A stretch of DNA of 64,000 nucleotides, taken from positions 57,554-121,553 of IMG/VR virus record IMGVR_UViG_3300031952_002809; one strand, written 5' to 3'. The DNA comes from a virus. The position numbers and the translations under genes are program-made. Below the pieces are notes generated by a model. That model was not told where the DNA came from and did not search any database. It saw only the letters and a list, made by a program, of their open reading frames with translations. This document shows, piece by piece, positions 57,600-64,000 of this stretch; the first letter of the stretch is position 1, and each line of letters starts with the position of its first letter.

Positions 57600-57628
57600 A
57601 TTATACCATACTTTTAAAAGATTGTCAA
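57600..57628 (-). promoter_or_regulatory. sigma70-type early promoter
   Basis: TTGACA-17-TATAAT, TATG, upstream AAAAGCTA. Confidence 0.85.
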
Positions 57629-57767
57629 TAGCTTTTGAAATATTATTTGAAATACTACTGGAGTGAATAATACAGCAGTAGGACACGCACAAAAGTGCGA
57701 CTATAGGTCCGCCAAAATCCGCCAAGATCCCTGGATCTGGGGCGCACAAAAGTGCGCCCCATGCCTG

Positions 57768-58292
57768 CTAGATGAGCTGTTCAACCTTGTCTTCTTTCGT
57801 GCCAGCATACTGAATCTTTACAGTAGTCCCTGTTGGAATGTCGTGGCATGATACTCGTGCTGTGACTGTGAGTGTCTCACAGGTAAGTACTTCGGCATAG
57901 AAGTCACTGCCGTGCATGGCAAAGGTTTCACGTATGAAACTTTGTGCCGTGCCGTTGTAGACAAACCGTCTACTTCCTCCATGCCCCTGCCATCCAATCT
58001 GACCAACCATGTAAAGCATAGGGTCACCTTCGGCGAACCCTGCCTTGTCCAGTAGCTCTTGCAAGAAGCTAACCGTGCTATCCCAATAATTCTGATACAT
58101 TCCAGTGTCGCCACTGAAGTACTGCATGATTAACTCTTCTTGCTGTTCTTTGCTTAGCTCATACTCTTCATCCTCACCAATACCTTTCTCTTCCTTGAAT
58201 TCCTTGATGAATTCGGGATAGCTATCCTCCACAAAATCAAAGTCTACAAGGTCAAGAATAGAAACGTTTGTGTCGATCCTGAGCAAGATCAT
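57768..58292 (-). CDS. Hypothetical acidic protein (tail KEDKVEQLI)
   Basis: Start revised to MILLRID by RBS; GW.GHGG, CHDIPTG. Confidence 0.65.
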   Translation of the reverse strand: MILLRIDTNVSILDLVDFDFVEDSYPEFIKEFKEEKGIGEDEEYELSKEQQEELIMQYFSGDTGMYQNYWDSTVSFLQELLDKAGFAEGDPMLYMVGQIGWQGHGGSRRFVYNGTAQSFIRETFAMHGSDFYAEVLTCETLTVTARVSCHDIPTGTTVKIQYAGTKEDKVEQLI

Positions 58293-58473
58293 ATATGTTA
58301 CCTCCAATAATTGTATTCTGTTTCCAAACCCCTTATTTGAAAAGAACCCCGAAGGAGTTACCCTTCGGGGTTTTAGTTGGAGTTTGGAAGTAACTTTAAA
58401 ACAATGCTTACATTCGGTGGCTGTAAGCGGCCTCGTGAAGCAAGACAAGTGATTGTCTTGCCCCATGAAACCG

Positions 58474-59085
58474 TTACGATGCTTGTTCAAACAGAGTGTC
58501 ATTGATAAGGAGTGCTGTGCCTATCTCCTTACCTTCAGGAAGGACAGTAGCAACAAATGTGAAAGCTTCTGTCCAATCATCCATGTCCCCATCAGAGCTG
58601 ATTGAAACATAAGGGAAGTAATGTTTGTACAGGATGAGACATGCTTGCACCATGAGATCATATGGCTTGCGAGCAGTCTTGCAAAATTGAAAGTACATGA
58701 CTTCTTCTTTTCTATGGTCACGTTGTTTCGGTACTTTTCGTGTCAGTCCAAAAGTTTCATGCCCGAGATCATTAAGACTCTCATCATGTGACTTTGCATC
58801 CAGCCATTCGATGTGCTTGCATCCTTTGTCACAAGAGATGTATCGTTTGATCCTCTTCAATCCATTGGAGCCATTAAACAAGACACGACTCATTGTGAAT
58901 TTAGGTTTTTCATACTTGAAACAACCCGATAAAAACAATGGTTCGTTGCCAGCGTAATCACCAGAGCTGTGTGAATGTTCCGGCATGTTCTTGTACAATG
59001 CTTTACAGTCGTCAATGAAACGTCTCCATGTTTCCATATCATGGTCAACCTTCACTGGTCTGTAATAATATTGTGTGTATCCCAT
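58474..59085 (-). CDS. Conserved-looking phage hypothetical protein
   Basis: MGYTQY..HETF..FCKTARKPYDL.V.ACL..SSDG..DW. Confidence 0.7.
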   Translation of the reverse strand: MGYTQYYYRPVKVDHDMETWRRFIDDCKALYKNMPEHSHSSGDYAGNEPLFLSGCFKYEKPKFTMSRVLFNGSNGLKRIKRYISCDKGCKHIEWLDAKSHDESLNDLGHETFGLTRKVPKQRDHRKEEVMYFQFCKTARKPYDLMVQACLILYKHYFPYVSISSDGDMDDWTEAFTFVATVLPEGKEIGTALLINDTLFEQAS

Positions 59086-59107
59086 AAGTTACCTCCACAT
59101 ACTTTGT

Positions 59108-59136
59108 ATTATAGCACACTTTCATGTGCTTGTCAA
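59108..59136 (-). promoter_or_regulatory. sigma70-type early promoter
   Basis: TTGACA-17-TATAAT, TGTG, upstream AAAAGCTA. Confidence 0.85.
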
Positions 59137-59198
59137 TAGCTTTTTAAAAGTTATTGTTTAAAGTATCAGAAGTGTCCCTCCGAAGAGGGGCGTATCTG

Positions 59199-60572
59199 CT
59201 AATCTAAACAGACAACCTTCCGAGACCATGCAGGCATGTTCTCTTTCGGGCAGTGACCACCAGACAGGACAAAGATTGTCTCGATGCCTGGCCTCTTGTC
59301 AGGGAACGCGCTGTATCCATCAGTGAAGGACACCAGAAGGTTTGTGTTCCACTTCCTTCTGTTCTTCTCGATGTGTTCATACAGTGGGATGTGACTCGTG
59401 CCACCTCCACCATGAATCTGTAACTGCTTGATCTTATTGACATGCCCATTGTAAATCGGGATGTCATCATGCACGTCAGTATCATGAGTGAGGACACGAA
59501 ACTCCACGTTCGAGAAAGACTTTGAGATACCAATCATTTCTGATATGTATGCTTCAAGGTCTTTCTGACTGATCGAACCCGACGTATCGATGGAGCATAT
59601 TACTCGAATCGATTCGCCATAAATACTCGGCATGTAAATGTCATGGCACGAATACTTTTTGTTCGGTCGGCGATACGTGTAGTCATACGGCAGGAAGGAT
59701 GCAATGGTCTTGCGGAGAAGTGTTCTCCAGTTGACCTTCGGTGCATGAAGTTCCTCAAAGTATCTGTCGAACCCTGCTGGACTCTTGCCAATCATCTTGG
59801 CATGGTTGAAAGCTTCCGCAACAACCTTGTCCCAATCAACATTCGGCACACCTTCTCCTTCCTTGTCACCTGCACCACCTTGCCCTTCTCCTTCTTCCTT
59901 GTCACCATCCTTGCCTTTTCCCTCGCCCTCTTCTTCACCAACACCATCCTTGATGTGCTGATCAAACGATCCAGCTTTGCCACTAGACTCATACTCATCA
60001 CCCTGATCGCCTCCACCTTGCCCCGACTGGCCTTGTCCCTGACCTCCCTGTCCCTTCACCTTCTTTGCACCATTCTTTTCCAGACCGGCCAGAAGTTCTT
60101 CGTAAATCTCCTCGGCACTTTTGATGTCCAGATTATCAATGGTAACATTGAAGACTACGACACTATTTCCTGAAGGGATGATCCCTTCCGGCGGAAGTTC
60201 TAAACCATTCTGCACCAACAAATAATTGTTGGCGATATCAATGGCTACATTCCACAATGAACCGCCGTTGACCAGAATGTTTCTATGTCCCTGCCGTTGA
60301 AAGTGTCGGAGCGCGGGATGCTGCACCTCATGGCATAGAACGCCCATGAGTTGCGCCTCAGGAAGTTTGTCCACAAAGGTTTTATTGTAGTAACAATTAC
60401 CTTTGATGTCCACGCCCATTGTTTGCACTTGAGGAGTATTAACTTCTTTAAACCTCAAGTGTTCTACGATGTACGCAAAGAATGGAAACGATTTGTTGAG
60501 CTTGATTTTCGCCTTTGACAATCTGTCTTCCGTTGTCAGTTCGGCGAAGAAGATGTTTGTTTTGTCGATCAT
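59199..60572 (-). CDS. DUF2201-type metallopeptidase + vWA domain protein
   Basis: TMGVD, CHEVQHPALRH (HExxH), WNVAIDIANN, WRTLL, IDTSGSI MIDAS, GGGGTS, FTDGY. Confidence 0.88.
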   Translation of the reverse strand: MIDKTNIFFAELTTEDRLSKAKIKLNKSFPFFAYIVEHLRFKEVNTPQVQTMGVDIKGNCYYNKTFVDKLPEAQLMGVLCHEVQHPALRHFQRQGHRNILVNGGSLWNVAIDIANNYLLVQNGLELPPEGIIPSGNSVVVFNVTIDNLDIKSAEEIYEELLAGLEKNGAKKVKGQGGQGQGQSGQGGGDQGDEYESSGKAGSFDQHIKDGVGEEEGEGKGKDGDKEEGEGQGGAGDKEGEGVPNVDWDKVVAEAFNHAKMIGKSPAGFDRYFEELHAPKVNWRTLLRKTIASFLPYDYTYRRPNKKYSCHDIYMPSIYGESIRVICSIDTSGSISQKDLEAYISEMIGISKSFSNVEFRVLTHDTDVHDDIPIYNGHVNKIKQLQIHGGGGTSHIPLYEHIEKNRRKWNTNLLVSFTDGYSAFPDKRPGIETIFVLSGGHCPKENMPAWSRKVVCLD

Positions 60573-60645
60573 AAGTTACCTCCATAACATTTTAATCGGA
60601 CATAGGAGTACACAAGTTTGATGTCCTTGTGTACTCTATCTTCGA

Positions 60646-61776
60646 TCAAATCAGAAGCGGGAAAATACTGTCAGCAAGCTTGGTAAACTTGTCAGGAGCA
60701 TTCTTCTTTACCTTTGTAAAGAAGTCTTTGTCCATGTGCTTCGCTTGGTTCAGAAGCATGCAGGTATGTTCCTTATTGAATACCAAAGACAGGTCTAACA
60801 GTCTGACTGCATTTTCAGCAGTCGATTTTTCTGAGTAGTGACCGACGAAGGCACTAATCAGGGAGTAAAGCTGGTCAACTTGTGTTGGCTTTTCAAACTT
60901 ACCGCTTGTAAATATCTTGGTGATATCATACTTCTTTGAAAGCTTGATCCAAGCTACCATTTCCTGCGCAATCCCAGTGCCCACGCCCATGCCTATGTAA
61001 CGATACAGCAAATCTTCTGCTGTATCAGGTATCCCCTTGATAAGAGTGGATACTTTGTCCCACATTCTTGGCGTGGCAATTGTCGGTTCGCACACATCCT
61101 TGGTCGGATCGTATGTAAACAAGTGCTTCTTTTGATACATGAGATAGTTGACAATCCTATGGTCAACACCAGAAGGGATTGCATAATCATTCGCCCATCC
61201 CCGTATCTTCTCACCACTCACCTCGATGTCATCGACTGGTGGAACAAGAAGTTCTGCATGTAAGAACCTGTTGTTCAAAGGCATCGCCATGTCGAACGTA
61301 TGACCACGATCATCGTCCCTGTTTCCTGCACCGAGTATCATTACTCCGTCAGGAACACGATAGAAACCAAGTCGCCGATCTTCAATCAATTGGTACGCAT
61401 TCGATTGAAGCATCGGAGGAGCAAGGTTTATTTCATCCAGAAGGACGACACCTTGTCCTTTGGTAGGCAGAAGACCGACTGGAAGATACACAGTCTGTGT
61501 GCGGTCAGCGTTCGGAAAAGGCAGTCCCTTTATTTCTGCTGGTTCGTATTGATGCAATGGCAACACTAAGAACATGAATTTCTTTTCGTTGTTTACATCA
61601 GCGAAGTCCTGAGAAAATTCGAGACCGAGTTCCTTGGCTTTACGCATCGCAAACCGTCTTACCGCTTCGGTTTTTCCGATACCAAATGTCCCTGTCAACA
61701 TGACTGCCAATTTAGTCGGCAAAGAATACATCCTGTCAAGAACCGATTGAAACTGTGCGTGATACAAACTAATCAT
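60646..61776 (-). CDS. MoxR-like AAA+ ATPase
   Basis: GTFGIGKT, EIKGLP, LLDEIN, AYQLI, GAGN, LNNRF, ATPRMW. Confidence 0.88.
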   Translation of the reverse strand: MISLYHAQFQSVLDRMYSLPTKLAVMLTGTFGIGKTEAVRRFAMRKAKELGLEFSQDFADVNNEKKFMFLVLPLHQYEPAEIKGLPFPNADRTQTVYLPVGLLPTKGQGVVLLDEINLAPPMLQSNAYQLIEDRRLGFYRVPDGVMILGAGNRDDDRGHTFDMAMPLNNRFLHAELLVPPVDDIEVSGEKIRGWANDYAIPSGVDHRIVNYLMYQKKHLFTYDPTKDVCEPTIATPRMWDKVSTLIKGIPDTAEDLLYRYIGMGVGTGIAQEMVAWIKLSKKYDITKIFTSGKFEKPTQVDQLYSLISAFVGHYSEKSTAENAVRLLDLSLVFNKEHTCMLLNQAKHMDKDFFTKVKKNAPDKFTKLADSIFPLLI

Positions 61777-61799
61777 AAGTTACCTCCAATAACTTTTGT

Positions 61800-61828
61800 A
61801 GTATAGCACATATTATTGTGCTTGTCAA
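61800..61828 (-). promoter_or_regulatory. sigma70-type early promoter
   Basis: TTGACA-17-TATACT, TGTG, upstream AAAAGGTA. Confidence 0.85.
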
Positions 61829-61900
61829 TACCTTTTGAAATATTTTTCAATATTTTTTAAAAGTATTCTTCTCCCCTCCGTGAAGGGGAGTAGAAGTCTT

Positions 61901-62212
61901 TCAAAAGCTTGCCATCATGATTTGTTCTTTGCAGTATTGTAGTCCTGCTTCGGTCAAACGATAGTGTTTGTATTGTGGTACCGATACATAATGATTAACC
62001 TTTACTCTTTTCAATTCCTTTGTTGAAACTGTGTAGAAAGTTTCATCCTTCTCATTGACCTCCCACAATACATTGTGACCTCCATTCGTTGTGACTGTGT
62101 ACCATTCTTTGACAAGTTTCCTTTCACCTTGAAAATCATTTTCAAGGTCAGAAAGAATGTCAATGTTAAGACCACACATATTCTTTACTTCGATATACTT
62201 TTTCTTTCTCAT
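61901..62212 (-). CDS. Hypothetical protein (tail KEQIMMASF)
   Basis: Duplicated RBS upstream. Confidence 0.6.
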   Translation of the reverse strand: MRKKKYIEVKNMCGLNIDILSDLENDFQGERKLVKEWYTVTTNGGHNVLWEVNEKDETFYTVSTKELKRVKVNHYVSVPQYKHYRLTEAGLQYCKEQIMMASF

Positions 62213-62242
62213 GTGTCACCTCCATAGTTACCTCCATTCCTT

Positions 62243-62271
62243 AAAAAGGACGGGCACTCTTTCGAGTGCCC
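62243..62271 (-). terminator. Terminator-like hairpin
   Basis: GGGCACTC-GAAA-GAGTGCCC then GTCCTTTTT. Confidence 0.6.
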
Positions 62272-62296
62272 CGCACGATTCACACGCCATGGATTT

Positions 62297-63262
62297 TCAT
62301 TCTGCAAGTCCGAAGTATTTTAATACCTTTTCCGCTTGCTGTCCTGCACTGACTAAACAGTTAGGATCATCCTCAATTTTTGTCAGCCAGCTATCTATGT
62401 AACTGACTGAGTTTTCTTTGACAGGTATCCTAAAATAGTGACACAAGTATGCTGCGCCCATTTCTGCAATGAGTTCCTCACGGCCATACGTTTCACCAGA
62501 TTGAAACTTCTTTTCGTCCCTGTTCAATCTGTTCTTGTGTCCGGTCCAATGGACCAGCTCATGAAACAAGTTGAGATAATAATCTTCACTTGATTCAAAC
62601 TGTTCAATCCGTGGCACCACAATCACGTCACTGAGTGACTTGTAGTGTGGTTGATTTCCTCCCTCTTCAAGTGTCAACCCTTTGACTGACTTGAGGAAAG
62701 ACTCGATAGAATCGAAACGCTTGTTGTCCTTATCGGTCTCAAACTTTTTAGGTTTGAGCCCTGGAATGTCTTTTGACCTGTACACAAAGTTTGTCACCAT
62801 GAAAGCGTGCTTCTTTGCCATTGCTGTTTTTTGTTCCGCTTCGGTCATCTTAGATTTTTCTTCCTTAGATAATCGTGGCGGTATCCATGCAACAACCAGC
62901 CTTGACTTCACACCTTCGGGAATGACACAACCATGCTTTTCTGCACTGTCTTTTGTGACATAGCAGATATCAGAGTCAAAAGACAACAACCACCTGTTTA
63001 TCCCTGTGTACTGGCGATTGGAGTCATAATTCCTTTTAGGAATAACTATCCATTCACGTTTCCACGGTACCGCTTCACCTGTTAAGCGTGCCTCAACCAA
63101 CAATTCTTTAATCTGCTGGTTGACTTCTGCTGTGTACTTGGAAGCGGTTGGCTTTTTAGGTTTGCTTAATGAAAAGCTATACCCACAAGTCGGACATTCG
63201 GCTTTACTATCAAAAATGAGTAGTTTGCCGTGACCGTTAGGACATACTTTTGGTGCGTTCAT
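62297..63262 (-). CDS. ardC: ArdC-like antirestriction protein (ssDNA-binding + metallopeptidase) with N-terminal zinc ribbon
   Basis: VPWKREW, N..SNRQYTGIN, P.IEQF, FHELVHWTGHKNRLNR, YGREELIAEMGAAYLC, SYIDSW. Confidence 0.85.
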   Translation of the reverse strand: MNAPKVCPNGHGKLLIFDSKAECPTCGYSFSLSKPKKPTASKYTAEVNQQIKELLVEARLTGEAVPWKREWIVIPKRNYDSNRQYTGINRWLLSFDSDICYVTKDSAEKHGCVIPEGVKSRLVVAWIPPRLSKEEKSKMTEAEQKTAMAKKHAFMVTNFVYRSKDIPGLKPKKFETDKDNKRFDSIESFLKSVKGLTLEEGGNQPHYKSLSDVIVVPRIEQFESSEDYYLNLFHELVHWTGHKNRLNRDEKKFQSGETYGREELIAEMGAAYLCHYFRIPVKENSVSYIDSWLTKIEDDPNCLVSAGQQAEKVLKYFGLAE

Positions 63263-63333
63263 AAGTTACCTCCATAACTTTAATTGTCTCATGTTCTGAC
63301 CGGAAATTTCTTTCCGGTCAGTCCATCAAGCAA

Positions 63334-63771
63334 TTATTTTATCTTGATCGTTTCGTCGTGCACTCTCTTCCCTTTCGGGTCAAGGTACACTTTGATATAC
63401 TGACTTTCGCCAGTCTTGACCGTGTTCAATTCGACGATTGCAGAAAGTTTCTTCTTCTCTTCCTTATCGTCGGAAAGTTTCGACTTGCTTATTGAGCAAG
63501 CGCGAAAGAACACTTCTTCAGGGAGTTCTTTAAACAGTGCTTTCACGTTTTGTTTAAATTCCCCTTTTGTTTCCATGCAGATTTTGCCGCTCTCACTTTC
63601 ATACGGCAAACTTTCAGATTTTTCCATCAAGCTATTTCTTATTAGCTGGATAGAATCTTCGATCATCTTCTTTTGCCCTTCCAGCTCAAGAAGTTGTTCG
63701 CACACATCCGCAAACTTAAAACGTCCAGTGGATGTTTTAAGCTCTCTTGAAACTTTCTCAATTTTGGTCAT
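63334..63771 (-). CDS. Hypothetical protein
   Basis: RBS TGGAGGTAACTT. Confidence 0.65.
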   Translation of the reverse strand: MTKIEKVSRELKTSTGRFKFADVCEQLLELEGQKKMIEDSIQLIRNSLMEKSESLPYESESGKICMETKGEFKQNVKALFKELPEEVFFRACSISKSKLSDDKEEKKKLSAIVELNTVKTGESQYIKVYLDPKGKRVHDETIKIK

Positions 63772-63872
63772 AAGTTACCTCCACAAAATTTAATTACTCG
63801 CTCAAGTAGACTTAACAGGATTAAATCAACTTGAGCGAACACCCCCCTATGGTGTAGGGGGGATAATTCGAC

Positions 63873-64000
63873 TTATGAAAGTATTCGACCAGAAAAACCG
63901 CACACATTGTCAATGCTCTCACCTTCCTGATAAATTTCATCCCATGAAATTTCAGGATTGTTCCGGTCAAAATTGATAGTTACTTCTTTCAAATTGAAAG
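63873..64000 (-). CDS. Partial CDS (3' end only)
   Basis: ...FNLKEVTINFDRNNPEISWDEIYQEGESIDNVCGFSGRILS*. Confidence 0.4.
   Translation of the reverse strand, partial: FNLKEVTINFDRNNPEISWDEIYQEGESIDNVCGFSGRILS

Noticed and set aside
44400-57770. C-terminal tag as an artefact of RBS plus ATGA overlap
   Set aside because: It could give E-x-L-I in the few coupled genes, but 46670, 47889, 48456, 51154, 52619, 54552, 55801, 56868 and 57768 have no coupled gene, and K-E at -9/-8 lies outside the RBS window.
1606-63793. Short antisense and alternate-frame ORFs in the track (e.g. 4121-4519, 12114-12641, 40675-41073, 59643-60173)
   Set aside because: They overlap better-supported genes and lack RBS and motifs.
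1-64000. Stop-codon reassignment
   Set aside because: Long genes are intact in the standard code and TAA, TAG and TGA all end genes followed by proper starts.
1-64000. tRNA genes, integrase/att sites, major capsid and portal genes
   Set aside because: None recognisable by eye; they may lie outside the window or be too divergent.

Overview
Fragment of a large tailed dsDNA phage genome (standard genetic code; no rRNA, tRNA or CRISPR seen). The + strand (1-41.1 kb) carries replication/transcription genes (intein-split SF2 helicase, sigma factor, DnaB-like helicase), an amidase, very long mosaic fibre/receptor-binding proteins, a possible lysis cassette, a terminase large subunit with two inteins, further virion genes and a Tad2/DUF2829 homologue. 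The - strand (41.2-64 kb) is a probable early/host-takeover region: nine near-consensus sigma70 promoters, a conserved GGAGGTAAC RBS, hairpins after many genes, and ArdC, MoxR+vWA, DUF853, HNH, DUF1281 and many small proteins. The four most unusual signals are: (1) about 20 early proteins, most of them unrelated, end in the same 9-residue C-terminal tag K-E-x-x-h-(E/A)-x-(L/T)-(I/L/V) in fixed register; (2) virion proteins are strongly enriched in TSTG, encoded by varied codons and present in one paralogue where the other lacks it, suggesting a modification sequon; (3) a palindromic box CGCACAAAAGTGCG occurs 8 times, once inside a promoter spacer; (4) seven Cys4 paralogues, six of them in tandem. 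All family calls come from motif recognition by eye, not database searches.
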